From a virus, in the IMG/VR virus record IMGVR_UViG_3300007734_000749, positions 2,650 to 66,649 of that record: a stretch of DNA of 64,000 nucleotides; one strand, given 5' to 3'. A program made the position numbers and the translations under genes. Positions 1 through 9,431 of this stretch are shown piece after piece (position 1 is the first letter of the stretch; every line of letters starts with the position of its first letter). The notes beneath the pieces are model-generated. The model saw nothing but the letters and a program-made list of their open reading frames with translations, was not told the DNA's origin and did no database searches.

Positions 1-228
1 TTTGGTGAGAGCAAAAAAATAAAAAAATTAAGTGAAATGCAAGGTGAAGAGTATGATGATGATACTATTGACCCAAATGATTATGCTGATGATCCATATG
101 TAAGTGATAAAGCAACATATGTTGCTGATGCTCTAAATCATGTTTGGAATATGGGTAGAGGTAATAATAGAATAAATTTTGAAGATATGGCTAAATCTAT
201 TATTGATGATTTAGAAACTAGATATTGA
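1..228 (+). CDS. C-terminal part of a hypothetical protein (5' end outside window)
   Basis: Frame of ORF 37..228 stays open to base 1 (FGESKKIKKLSEMQG...); followed by a terminator. Confidence 0.6.
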   Translation, partial: FGESKKIKKLSEMQGEEYDDDTIDPNDYADDPYVSDKATYVADALNHVWNMGRGNNRINFEDMAKSIIDDLETRY

Positions 229-252
229 TTTTTAAAAACATACCATAACATA

Positions 253-275
253 AGCCCGCAATAGCGGGCTTTTTT
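253..275 (+). terminator. Rho-independent terminator
   Basis: AGCCCGC-aata-GCGGGCT stem followed by T run. Confidence 0.9.
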
Positions 276-326
276 GTCCTTACTTTTGTACCGAGATCTT
301 AAAACTAATGTTCGTATTTTTATAGT

Positions 327-458
327 ATGAAAGAAATAGCATTTAAAATTAAAGAATTAAACGCGTATCTAGATAAAAATCCATGGGATATATCTAAACG
401 CCAAGAACGTATAATCCTTATAGACCAGTTATGTGATATGGTAATTAAAGAACCATAA
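327..458 (+). CDS. small early hypothetical protein (43 aa), probably leaderless
   Basis: MKEIAFKIKELNAYLDKNPW...; ATG directly follows the promoter repeat. Confidence 0.6.
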   Translation: MKEIAFKIKELNAYLDKNPWDISKRQERIILIDQLCDMVIKEP

Positions 459-524
459 TTTGTGTACCTAGATTTTAAAATTAAAAGTTATATTTTTATA
501 CTATAATTAAAAAACCAAGCACAC

Positions 525-986
525 ATGATTAAATTCACCAAATCAGATGCCGGTCGTAATTCACACGGTTTTACTAATGAAAAAAACGACTGTAGTGTAA
601 GAGCATTAGCCACAGTAACTGGAAGTAGTTATAAGGATGCTCATAATTTTTGGAGGGGATTAGGAAGAAAAAATGGGAGTGGGGTAAGTATAAATTGGTT
701 AGATAAATATCTATCTAATAATAGTAATACTATATTTGGATATAAAATCACCAAAATTACCCTACCCTTCACCCATTCCCAGACCCATAAATGGGATAAT
801 AAAGAACGTAAGTATATAAAACATACTAAACGTATGAATGTTAAAACATTTATACAACAGAATCCCACAGGAAATTATATAATTATTACTCATAATCATG
901 CTAAAGCTATAATCAATAGTGAAATTATAGACCATGATTTTGGAGTGTATAGTGAAATTAAGTATGTATATAAATTTGAAAAATAA
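525..986 (+). CDS. early hypothetical protein with NDCxVRA motif (possible papain-like peptidase)
   Basis: NDCSVRALA motif plus a downstream His (HNHA); preceded by promoter repeat. Confidence 0.55.
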   Translation: MIKFTKSDAGRNSHGFTNEKNDCSVRALATVTGSSYKDAHNFWRGLGRKNGSGVSINWLDKYLSNNSNTIFGYKITKITLPFTHSQTHKWDNKERKYIKHTKRMNVKTFIQQNPTGNYIIITHNHAKAIINSEIIDHDFGVYSEIKYVYKFEK

Positions 987-991
987 TATAG

Positions 992-1108
992 ATGAAATAC
1001 AACAATAATACACCATTTGAAGAATTTACGTATCGCTTTGCTATAGTATTCGGTATAATAGCAATTGTTTTAAATTTAGTTGTTATTATTTCTAAAATAA
1101 TGGGCTGA
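992..1108 (+). CDS. small single-TM membrane peptide (38 aa)
   Basis: MKYNNNTPFEEFTYRFAIVFGIIAIVLNLVVIISKIMG; fills gap between cassettes. Confidence 0.5.
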   Translation: MKYNNNTPFEEFTYRFAIVFGIIAIVLNLVVIISKIMG

Positions 1109-1173
1109 GGTTTTTGTACCGAGGTTTTAAAACTAAAGTTTATACTTTTACACTATAATTAAAAAATAAACAC

Positions 1174-1896
1174 ATGAGTAAAATCACTATTGTATGTGGT
1201 AAGGATTTGAAATTTAATGATTCAATCCTTCGCCCAATGAAAACTAACTCTGAATTGGATGCTATTTTGTCCGAAAACGGAGGATTGATGCCTGCAACCA
1301 ACATGGTCATTGCTGGTGGAGCAGGATCAGGTAAGACTACACTAACCCTAGATATGTTAGCTAGGCTAACAGAACAGGGCCATAAGGTACTATTTATTTC
1401 AGGTGAGATGGATGAAATTGGATATTTTAAGTATTGTAAACGTCTTCCTAGAATTGCATCTGTACCTGTATTGTTTGTAAAAAATCACGTAGAAACATTA
1501 GGTAAAACGTTGATAGAAGTATTGGATGAAGGGTATGATGTGGTTGCAATTGATAGTGTTGCTGAAATTTTAGGTATGTTCCGTGATGTATATAAAACTA
1601 CTGAAGTAGCAGGTGAGAGATGGTTGCTAGAACTCCAGGACAAACATAAGATGGGGAAAAATAAAACTAATACCCATACATGTTTTATTAACATTCAACA
1701 AGTAACCAAACAAGGTACATTTGCTGGTAGTAATAGGTTGAAACATATGACGGATGCTATGGCAATTATCAAACGTGATGCTGATACTGCTGAGCGACGT
1801 CTTCAATTTGAGAAAAACCGTGATGGAAACACTGATCAGATTGTTACATTTATGATTTCATCTGATCATATTCGTTATGGATTTGAAAGTGAATAG
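1174..1896 (+). CDS. RadA/Sms-like RecA-family ATPase (ATPase domain only)
   Basis: Walker A GGAGSGKT, ISGEM, Walker B VVAIDS, FAGSNRLKHMTD and EKNRDG resembling the RadA KNRFG motif. Confidence 0.8.
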   Translation: MSKITIVCGKDLKFNDSILRPMKTNSELDAILSENGGLMPATNMVIAGGAGSGKTTLTLDMLARLTEQGHKVLFISGEMDEIGYFKYCKRLPRIASVPVLFVKNHVETLGKTLIEVLDEGYDVVAIDSVAEILGMFRDVYKTTEVAGERWLLELQDKHKMGKNKTNTHTCFINIQQVTKQGTFAGSNRLKHMTDAMAIIKRDADTAERRLQFEKNRDGNTDQIVTFMISSDHIRYGFESE

Positions 1897-1948
1897 TGTG
1901 TGTGTGTTTTATATGTGTACAATTGCGGGGGATTTTCCCCCTGCTTTT
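1893..1948 (+). terminator. GT-rich 3' element plus G/C hairpin terminator (copy 1)
   Basis: ATAGTGTGTGTGTGTTTTATATGTGTACAATT then GCGGGGGA-ttt-TCCCCCTGC then TTTT. Confidence 0.65.
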
Positions 1949-2001
1949 GTACCGAGATTTTAAAACTGATAGTCGTATTTTTATACTATAATTAAGATAA
2001 T

Positions 2002-2271
2002 ATGAACAATAAGTATTGTTTTCCTGATATACAAGAATATCAACAATTAGAAGAGTTGATTGGATTAGCAGCATTAGCAAAAGCGGGTATTGCTGAAGGA
2101 AATAAACACATCCAAATTGGGAAGGATTTTCTAAAACAAACAACGTGTTTAGAAGAACGGGAAAAAATACTAGAATCAATACAAAAATTACAACAGCATG
2201 TTTTTGTATGTGAAAATACATTAGAATTTTTTCAAAGCGAAATTAGACAACTTAATTATTTATTAAATTAA
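2002..2271 (+). CDS. early hypothetical protein (paralog of 7724..7996)
   Basis: ORF behind promoter repeat; similar LxELI and C-terminal E(I/L)xx(L/I)xYxLN pattern. Confidence 0.7.
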   Translation: MNNKYCFPDIQEYQQLEELIGLAALAKAGIAEGNKHIQIGKDFLKQTTCLEEREKILESIQKLQQHVFVCENTLEFFQSEIRQLNYLLN

Positions 2272-2274
2272 ATT

Positions 2275-2478
2275 ATGAAAACTGAAACTGAACTTAGAGA
2301 ATATCTAGCTGAATTAAAAGTTGCACGAACTGGGGTAAATGCTTGGTTTAAGGCATCAATAGGGGAAAAAGCAGAACAGGAAGCATTAACAGAACTATCA
2401 TTCCTAGAAGGTCAAATCCAGACTATAAAGTGGATATTAGGAGAAGAGAGTACCATAATTTTTGTACCGAGGTCTTAA
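2275..2478 (+). CDS. early hypothetical protein
   Basis: ORF tightly coupled to upstream gene. Confidence 0.65.
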   Translation: MKTETELREYLAELKVARTGVNAWFKASIGEKAEQEALTELSFLEGQIQTIKWILGEESTIIFVPRS

Positions 2479-2524
2479 AACTAACGTTCGTATCTTTATA
2501 GTATAATTAAAAACACATAATAAA

Positions 2525-2779
2525 ATGGCAGTAAATTCATTTCACAAGTACGTTTCCGCAATCAGGAAATCAAAATCGTTCAAACCAGTTGTTCAGGTTC
2601 ATCCACTAGGACTAGCAGTACATAACAATAAGGTAATAGCGGTATGTAAAGATATTCGATATCATTTTGGTCCATCTATGACTCAAGAACTGCAAGAAAT
2701 CATAGGTAAGGATAACTTAGTAATATCATCTGATTACAAAACAAATGAGATGTATGGTTACGATTGGTGGTTATTTTAA
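2525..2779 (+). CDS. early hypothetical protein
   Basis: ORF behind promoter repeat. Confidence 0.7.
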   Translation: MAVNSFHKYVSAIRKSKSFKPVVQVHPLGLAVHNNKVIAVCKDIRYHFGPSMTQELQEIIGKDNLVISSDYKTNEMYGYDWWLF

Positions 2780-2814
2780 TAAAGTAAATTTAGTTAATTA
2801 AAAATAAAACACAT

Positions 2815-3525
2815 ATGAACACAGAACAAATTTTAGAAGTAAAGATTGAAATCGCCAAAATGGTGATAGAACTAGATCAATTTTGGAATAAAGTTTATAG
2901 AAATAATGCTGAGCCATCATTGAAAAATAAAGAAGAATATCGGATTTTCTCTCAGTCACAACGACAAAAAATCATAGATTTGCTCCCCCCAGATATGGTA
3001 ATTGATTCTGATGTTACTGGGTTTTGTAGAGATGTGAGTCACTATGATATTGATGATGAAATAGTTAAGCATTTTCCATATGTAATAGCAGATAGTGAAA
3101 GTGGTCAGTTTTTTGCTTATTGTAATTCATTTCAAGCAGAGTCTATATCTGATTTTCTAAAACAAAAATTCCCATCATTGGAATTCAAAATCAGTAAAAG
3201 AAAAAATCCGGAAGATTTTCAAAACCCGTTTTTTCCTAATTCAGGTTATGCATATAGATTTCTTAAGGAAATGAATATAGATGTACCTGAGGTTTCATCT
3301 GATAAAATTCCTGTGGTTAGTGATGAATTTGGTGTTGCAGATGAAATTGTAGAAATGATTTACAGCAAATATAAAGACGTTTCTCCAAGTACCATATTGA
3401 AAGTTATTCAAAAACTAAGAATTGAAGACTACATCATAGAAAGCAGCATTGCTAGTATGGGGAAATGGGAATGGGAGTATTTAATGTCAAGAAAAAATGA
3501 ACAACTAAGTTCAAATGTGCAGTAA
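2815..3525 (+). CDS. early hypothetical protein
   Basis: 236-aa ORF with A-rich ACACAT leader. Confidence 0.75.
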   Translation: MNTEQILEVKIEIAKMVIELDQFWNKVYRNNAEPSLKNKEEYRIFSQSQRQKIIDLLPPDMVIDSDVTGFCRDVSHYDIDDEIVKHFPYVIADSESGQFFAYCNSFQAESISDFLKQKFPSLEFKISKRKNPEDFQNPFFPNSGYAYRFLKEMNIDVPEVSSDKIPVVSDEFGVADEIVEMIYSKYKDVSPSTILKVIQKLRIEDYIIESSIASMGKWEWEYLMSRKNEQLSSNVQ

Positions 3526-3588
3526 TTTTTGTACCGAGATTCTAAAGTTAGTATTTATATCTTTATACTATAATTAAAAAATAAAAAT

Positions 3589-3819
3589 ATGATAGATAAA
3601 ATTCACGGATACTACACATATTCAAATTGCTGTGGATATGGTGTTATACTTTCGGATTGTGGTGAAGCAGCAAAACTAGTAATGAATAATGAAGATTGTG
3701 ATGTTACAGATTGGTTAGATATTGAATATGTTTTTGATGAAAATGAAGGTGAATTTACACCCGTGATTGATCCTAATGGGTTTAATGTTCCATTAAATGA
3801 AGTAGTAAGAGCACAATAA
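3589..3819 (+). CDS. early hypothetical protein
   Basis: ORF behind promoter repeat. Confidence 0.7.
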   Translation: MIDKIHGYYTYSNCCGYGVILSDCGEAAKLVMNNEDCDVTDWLDIEYVFDENEGEFTPVIDPNGFNVPLNEVVRAQ

Positions 3820-3838
3820 TAATTTAATACAACATAAT

Positions 3839-4045
3839 ATGAACACGCATAAAGAAGTATTAGAAATCATATCAAAACTTAACCAATTGAATGATGGAAT
3901 GGGTGTAGATGGTGAAACAATGCAATACATTCTAGGGCAAGTTGGAATGGAATGGCAAATGCTTCGTCAATTGATGTTAACAATGCCTATGGAACCAGTA
4001 GAGTATTTACTTGAAGAAAAAAAATATCTTTTTCTTTTATCCTAG
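3839..4045 (+). CDS. early hypothetical protein
   Basis: ORF (VDGETMQYIL motif). Confidence 0.65.
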   Translation: MNTHKEVLEIISKLNQLNDGMGVDGETMQYILGQVGMEWQMLRQLMLTMPMEPVEYLLEEKKYLFLLS

Positions 4046-4096
4046 ATTTTTAAGCATTTGATATTAAATTTACACTATAATTAAAAAATATACATT

Positions 4097-4459
4097 ATGA
4101 ACCAGTTACAACAAGAATTAAACGAGCTAAAATCAAAACTCACAGTGCTAGAAGCACACATCAATGCTCAAACCCAACAAGAAGAGTATGTATTTAGTGA
4201 ACAACGATTGATTGAATTCACCAGAGAAATCCAATCACGAGCATTACAAGCAACTAAAGCTGCAGTTAAAGCATCAGATTTAGATATGGAAGATTATGTT
4301 GATCTTGATTTTGATGCATTTAATCGAACAATAGATATTGAAGTTGATGAAGATAGAGTTTACAAGGACATCATAAGTAATTTAGAAGATGTATTTGAAA
4401 CAGATGATGATAGTATAATGGATGAAATTACAAATGTATTACGAATTATGATAAAATAG
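4097..4459 (+). CDS. early acidic coiled-coil hypothetical protein
   Basis: ORF behind promoter repeat; very acidic C-terminus. Confidence 0.75.
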   Translation: MNQLQQELNELKSKLTVLEAHINAQTQQEEYVFSEQRLIEFTREIQSRALQATKAAVKASDLDMEDYVDLDFDAFNRTIDIEVDEDRVYKDIISNLEDVFETDDDSIMDEITNVLRIMIK

Positions 4460-4471
4460 AATGCCTCGAAG

Positions 4472-4527
4472 ATAGTGTGTGTGTTTTTTATATGTGTGCA
4501 ATTGTGGGGACTTAGGTCCCTACTTTT
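4472..4527 (+). terminator. GT-rich 3' element plus hairpin terminator (copy 2)
   Basis: ATAGTGTGTGTGTTTTTTATATGTGTGCAATT then GTGGGGAC-ttag-GTCCCTAC then TTTT; near-identical to 1893..1948. Confidence 0.65.
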
Positions 4528-4587
4528 GTACATAGATTTCAAAATTAACATTCGTATCTTTATAGTATAATTAAAAAATACACACAA

Positions 4588-4758
4588 ATGAAAAAAATGA
4601 ATTGGGACTTAATTCACCGAGCAACACAATTAAAGAAAAGAATCGATGACCAATCTAAGTATTATGGAATGGTTGATCTTGATGTAGTAGATGAATTTAT
4701 TGATGTATTGGGAAGAATGACAACTAAAGAAAACCAAACATTTAGGTTAAATGAATAA
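4588..4758 (+). CDS. small early hypothetical protein (56 aa)
   Basis: MKKMNWDLIHRATQLKKRID...; behind promoter repeat. Confidence 0.6.
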   Translation: MKKMNWDLIHRATQLKKRIDDQSKYYGMVDLDVVDEFIDVLGRMTTKENQTFRLNE

Positions 4759-4829
4759 CCATAACTTTTGTGCCGAGGTTTTACAACTAATAATCATATC
4801 TTTATAGTATAATTAAAAAATACACACAA

Positions 4830-5132
4830 ATGAAAAAATTCAGTTATCGCGAATTACGCAACAACCCACCAAAACTATCAGTTACTAAAAATGCACGTGA
4901 ATTAGTTATTACTACAGTATCGTGTATGTGTGACAACATTCATTATTTGAATCTAAAGAAAAATAGTGATGGTGATTTCAAACTCAGTACCGTTACCTTT
5001 GCCTTGTCAAATTGGCAAATGCGATACCCAAAACATGAAATTGAATGGGAAGCAGATGCTGGTAATTGGGATAAAGTATTTGAAATGATCAACTCAGGAA
5101 CTGAACGCATTGCAGAAGTAAAAAGTCGCTAA
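4830..5132 (+). CDS. early hypothetical protein
   Basis: ORF behind promoter repeat. Confidence 0.7.
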   Translation: MKKFSYRELRNNPPKLSVTKNARELVITTVSCMCDNIHYLNLKKNSDGDFKLSTVTFALSNWQMRYPKHEIEWEADAGNWDKVFEMINSGTERIAEVKSR

Positions 5133-5150
5133 TTAAAAAATAAAACACAC

Positions 5151-5357
5151 ATGAAAGGTTATCAATTTACAAAGCGTGAACTACAACAAATGGACACTAT
5201 TGAACAGTCCTGGAGTGGTGATTATTTAAAAATCCAAGAACAAAATGTCAGGGTGTGGTTAACACATCCCGAAAACAGAGCATACGATGGTGATTATCAG
5301 GTAGAAATCAACATTGATGGACGTTGGGTATGTGAGAGTTTTAGTTTTGAATACTAG
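5151..5357 (+). CDS. early hypothetical protein
   Basis: ORF with ACACAC leader. Confidence 0.7.
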   Translation: MKGYQFTKRELQQMDTIEQSWSGDYLKIQEQNVRVWLTHPENRAYDGDYQVEINIDGRWVCESFSFEY

Positions 5358-5424
5358 ATTTTTATGCCTAGATTCTAAAATAAATGATATTATTTTTATA
5401 GTATAATTAAAAACACACAATAAT

Positions 5425-5679
5425 ATGACAGTACAAAAGCTTATCGAAACACTACAAGATTTCGACCCAAACATGGAAGTTAAATTTGCCTACAATTTTG
5501 GTGATTATTGGAGAAGCGAAGTAGCCAGTAGCATAACAGAATTAGATGAAGGTCAAGTAACGTATTCACAGTATCACAGAATGGATAAAGTTGTTATTAG
5601 TAAATATGATGATGACGATAGTGACGAAGATGATGATAATGGTGATGATGATATAAAAACAGTGGTTATTTTAAGATAA
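5425..5679 (+). CDS. early hypothetical protein with poly-Asp tract
   Basis: MTVQKLIETLQDFDPNMEV start typical of small phage proteins; D-rich C-terminal part. Confidence 0.7.
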   Translation: MTVQKLIETLQDFDPNMEVKFAYNFGDYWRSEVASSITELDEGQVTYSQYHRMDKVVISKYDDDDSDEDDDNGDDDIKTVVILR

Positions 5680-5750
5680 ACCAAAATTCTTGTGCCTAGA
5701 TTCTAAAGCGAATAGTATTATTTTCACACTATCATTAAAAAATAAAAGTT

Positions 5751-6095
5751 ATGTCAACAAACGCAACAGTAAAAATTCAAGAAGAAGATAAAACATTGTG
5801 TACTCTATATGTTCATTGGGATGGATATTGGGAAGGGTTAGGACAGGATATGGTTGATATTTTATCAAAAGGTAAATTAGTGAATGGATTAGGTATGGAT
5901 GATAAATTAGGTGAGAAATTTAACAGAGCGGGATGTTTAGCTGCTACACTTATAGCTAAACTTAAAACAACACCTGGTAATATCTATTTAACAACTGATG
6001 GAACAACTGATGAAATGAATCATTATGATTTGAAGATAAATGAATCTGATATTGAATTATATCATAATGGTGAATTAAAATGGTATAATACATAA
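5751..6095 (+). CDS. early conserved phage protein (YxHWDGY motif)
   Basis: MST...LYVHWDGYWEGLG motif. Confidence 0.7.
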   Translation: MSTNATVKIQEEDKTLCTLYVHWDGYWEGLGQDMVDILSKGKLVNGLGMDDKLGEKFNRAGCLAATLIAKLKTTPGNIYLTTDGTTDEMNHYDLKINESDIELYHNGELKWYNT

Positions 6096-6161
6096 GCTTT
6101 TATGCCGAGATCTTAAAGCTAATAGTCGTATCTTTATAGTATAATTAAAAATAAAAAACAC

Positions 6162-6380
6162 ATGAGCAAATTTGAATTATTAAAACACGAAGTTTTTAGT
6201 GAAGTGGTTGAACATACCTATACACTTCAAGATGAGACAGGTGTGCTTATCTATAAAGAATGGGTTGATAATGGTACAGTCATTGATTTTGTTCTACGAG
6301 ACAAAGATGGAAATGATATTGGTGATGCAGAATTGTTTGACCAAGTAATGGAATTTATAGATAATCTAGAACAAAACTAA
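6162..6380 (+). CDS. early acidic hypothetical protein
   Basis: ORF behind promoter repeat. Confidence 0.7.
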   Translation: MSKFELLKHEVFSEVVEHTYTLQDETGVLIYKEWVDNGTVIDFVLRDKDGNDIGDAELFDQVMEFIDNLEQN

Positions 6381-6398
6381 TCTATATAAAAAAATAAC

Positions 6399-6560
6399 AT
6401 GGATAAATTTACAGAAGCAGTCGAAGCTGTAGGTATTGAAGTAGCAAACGAAGCAGTTGCTGCAGTAGAATTAAGTGATGCTGATGGAGCACACACAATG
6501 TTTGAAGATATGGGAATGTTTGAACATGCTTTAGCAATAGAAATTATTTATTTTGACTAA
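6399..6560 (+). CDS. small acidic early protein (53 aa)
   Basis: MDKFTEAVEAVGIEVANEAV...; fills gap up to next repeat. Confidence 0.6.
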   Translation: MDKFTEAVEAVGIEVANEAVAAVELSDADGAHTMFEDMGMFEHALAIEIIYFD

Positions 6561-6627
6561 ATTTCTGTGCCGAGATTCTAAAACTAACGTTCGTATCTTT
6601 ACAGTATAATTAAAAACACATAATAAA

Positions 6628-6957
6628 ATGAGACAACCAGATATTACCCTAAACATTCAAGAAGGAATCAATCGCGTTATTAAAATGTATGAAGAAGTTT
6701 TCGATGATATAATAAATGATTCTATAGTTGAATTGCAAAAACAAGATATTAAAACAGATACCGATAACATCAAATGGATATCCCAAGATATAGCAGATAA
6801 ATGTAAAGAAAAAGAAAATTCTGTCAATGCGATAAAGCAATGTAAGAATTTCTATGATTTGTTAGAGTTTATTAAAAACGATTTTATATTTGAAGGTAGT
6901 GAAGAAATAATCATAGGAGCATTTCTAGGGAAACAAATAGATATTCGTTACAAATAG
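6628..6957 (+). CDS. early hypothetical protein
   Basis: ORF behind promoter repeat. Confidence 0.7.
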   Translation: MRQPDITLNIQEGINRVIKMYEEVFDDIINDSIVELQKQDIKTDTDNIKWISQDIADKCKEKENSVNAIKQCKNFYDLLEFIKNDFIFEGSEEIIIGAFLGKQIDIRYK

Positions 6958-7031
6958 ATTTTTGTTAATAAATCTTTATACCTAGATTATCTAGCAATTG
7001 ATATTATTTTTATAGCATAAATTTAAAACAC

Positions 7032-7259
7032 ATGAATAAAATCATTACAATCAGTGAATTAACTGAAGAACGTTATATTGAAATCGATTCATTGCTCACC
7101 AATTCAGAACTAAACGATTCAGAAGATGTATCATTTGACGAATTGCTGAACAATTATATTGAATCAATCGAAGCAATTCAAGCCCGATTCGCACATCACG
7201 GTATTGATTGTCCTGAACAGTATCAGTATTTGCTTTCAATTATGTTAACTAATGCTTAA
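7032..7259 (+). CDS. early hypothetical protein
   Basis: ORF behind promoter repeat. Confidence 0.7.
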   Translation: MNKIITISELTEERYIEIDSLLTNSELNDSEDVSFDELLNNYIESIEAIQARFAHHGIDCPEQYQYLLSIMLTNA

Positions 7260-7271
7260 AAAATAAATCAC

Positions 7272-7652
7272 ATGAAAATTACACTCACACCATCAGAATC
7301 AGAAGAATTTTTCCACACAGCATTATGTAATGGTCTAGGATACCTAGAACAATACGGAATTGAATTAGATTACAACGAAGATGAATATAAATCATCGCGT
7401 GCCAAAATTGGACCTAATGCTCCATGTTTTGAAGATGTATTGTTGCAAATGTTGCGTGATGGATATAAACTAAAATTCATCGATAATGAAAATGGTATGG
7501 ATGAAGTAGACGTTACACTTCAAGATATACATGAAAAAGTACAGTTAACCGAATCTCGTCACTTACTTGACATGGAGAACGAAAACGGTGATGCTGATAC
7601 TGCAGATGCAGTGTTACAGACAGTGTTGTATGGTGAAGTTATATTTGGTTAA
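7272..7652 (+). CDS. early acidic conserved phage protein
   Basis: C-terminal DADTADAVLQTVLYGEVIFG motif. Confidence 0.7.
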   Translation: MKITLTPSESEEFFHTALCNGLGYLEQYGIELDYNEDEYKSSRAKIGPNAPCFEDVLLQMLRDGYKLKFIDNENGMDEVDVTLQDIHEKVQLTESRHLLDMENENGDADTADAVLQTVLYGEVIFG

Positions 7653-7723
7653 CCGAAATCTTTATACCGAGATTCTAAAACGAATCATATTATTTTTACA
7701 GTATAATTAAAAAATACACACAC

Positions 7724-7996
7724 ATGAATCCAATTTTTGAAAAAATGCCTGAATTAGCAGAGTTAATTTCAATAAATTCTCTGTTTATGTTGAAAGAAAA
7801 AACATATTATGATAAAATAGAATGCCTCAAAACAATAGAACTAATTCAGGAAGAAATGAAACATGTTATAGATGAAGAAGAAAAAGATGAAATGATTGAT
7901 GATTTAGTTTCGGTTTACAATATATTAGATACTATTGAAGAAGCACAACAATTCGTAACAGCAGAATTAAAAATGATTGGTTATAGATTAAATTGA
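7724..7996 (+). CDS. early hypothetical protein (paralog of 2002..2271)
   Basis: ORF behind promoter repeat; pattern similarity to 2002..2271. Confidence 0.7.
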   Translation: MNPIFEKMPELAELISINSLFMLKEKTYYDKIECLKTIELIQEEMKHVIDEEEKDEMIDDLVSVYNILDTIEEAQQFVTAELKMIGYRLN

Positions 7997-8069
7997 GTAC
8001 CTAGATTTTTGTACCGAGATTCCAAAACGAAAGATATTATTTTTACAGCATAAGTTAAAAAATAAAATT

Positions 8070-8282
8070 ATGAAAAAACAATTTATCGCAGTTGAAAAAG
8101 CTATTTATGGTATGCATTACATTGTAGATAATTTAGAAGAACTTATCTGTGAAATGTATGAATGTGAAATAAGTGAACATGGAATAGATAAATGCACCGA
8201 ATGGTTTTTTAATAATCATACTGTATTTGAAGTGAATGGTACTGCTGAGGAATGTTTATATGTGCCTGCACCATCATTGTAA
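8070..8282 (+). CDS. early hypothetical protein
   Basis: ORF behind promoter repeat. Confidence 0.65.
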   Translation: MKKQFIAVEKAIYGMHYIVDNLEELICEMYECEISEHGIDKCTEWFFNNHTVFEVNGTAEECLYVPAPSL

Positions 8283-8368
8283 AAGATAAAACCATAATCT
8301 TTACCCTAGATAAAGTAAAGAATTATATTATCTTTATAGTATAAGTTAAAAATAAAAATAAACCACAC

Positions 8369-8527
8369 ATGACAAAGAAGCAGAAAAAAAAGTTAGCCGA
8401 AATGTTGAAGAACCAAATCAACATAACTGATAGAATGTTTGAAACCAGAGAACAAGAATATCCTTACATTATTGGTTATTTGAAGGGTGTAATTAAGATA
8501 ACTGTTGAACAATTGGAAGATAATTAA
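8369..8527 (+). CDS. small early hypothetical protein (52 aa)
   Basis: MTKKQKKKLAEMLKNQ...; ACACAT leader behind repeat. Confidence 0.6.
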   Translation: MTKKQKKKLAEMLKNQINITDRMFETREQEYPYIIGYLKGVIKITVEQLEDN

Positions 8528-8556
8528 ACAGCATAAAAAAAAGAAACAAAGAAAAA

Positions 8557-8733
8557 ATGAAGAAATTTATATCGCAAATAATTGCCTCCATAATAGTAGT
8601 GTATTGTTTAGTAGCAGGAATATCTCATGAACTAAACGTAATGAATTGGAACATAGGAGGAAAGATAATATCTGTTGTACTAGTACTAACCATTATTCAT
8701 TCATTTCATAAAGAATACTCAAGCAAAATATGA
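8557..8733 (+). CDS. small two-TM membrane protein (58 aa)
   Basis: MKKFISQIIASIIVVYCLVAG...; ATGA overlap with next gene. Confidence 0.55.
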   Translation: MKKFISQIIASIIVVYCLVAGISHELNVMNWNIGGKIISVVLVLTIIHSFHKEYSSKI

Positions 8734-9011
8734 CAAAATATAAAAATATATTCAGAAACTATAACGAATATAAATTGTACGTGGGAAAATGGATGGTGAC
8801 GGGAGACTATATTAACATCGATGAACTCATCGGAATGGGATTACTTAATGAAGTAACAGTTCGTGTCGAGAAAGATTGGGGAAAGTATGTGGCGTATAGA
8901 GAAATGACGGAACAAGATTTTAATGCGAGTAGATTCGTGGTAAGAGGCGTGACGGGATGGATTAAATGGTTTTTCCAAAATGTGACAAATAGGGGAACAA
9001 AGGGGATATAA
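8730..9011 (+). CDS. hypothetical protein
   Basis: ORF coupled to upstream gene. Confidence 0.55.
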   Translation: MTKYKNIFRNYNEYKLYVGKWMVTGDYINIDELIGMGLLNEVTVRVEKDWGKYVAYREMTEQDFNASRFVVRGVTGWIKWFFQNVTNRGTKGI

Positions 9012-9227
9012 TGTGAAGATGTGTGGATAGTGTGTGATAAATTGTTAGTGTGTGGTGGGTAGGGGATTCCGGAACGGTTAATCCCCATCCCTCATCCCCC
9101 CAAATTTAGGAACAAAAAAAGAAAATATAAGTATATATTTCTCCCCTACCTTTGTACCGAGAAAGAAAAAAGAAAAACAATATCTTTATAGAAAAGAAAG
9201 AAAAAAACACTAAAAAATCTACACACC

Positions 9228-9431
9228 ATGTTTGAACTATTTTTCATTTTCGGAGCATTTAGAACTCTGTGGTTTTTCGTTTATGACATTCCTAAAATGT
9301 TAATCAAACCAATGTTCAAAATGTTGTACTGGTTTTGCATTGCAGCTTATTATATGATGAAGTATGGTTTAGTTGCGATGTGGTATGTTTTCAAAGGAAT
9401 GTATAGTCTTGTTGCTATGTGTTTTAGATAA
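9228..9431 (+). CDS. small hydrophobic membrane protein
   Basis: Aromatic/Met-rich hydrophobic ORF behind promoter repeat. Confidence 0.6.
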   Translation: MFELFFIFGAFRTLWFFVYDIPKMLIKPMFKMLYWFCIAAYYMMKYGLVAMWYVFKGMYSLVAMCFR

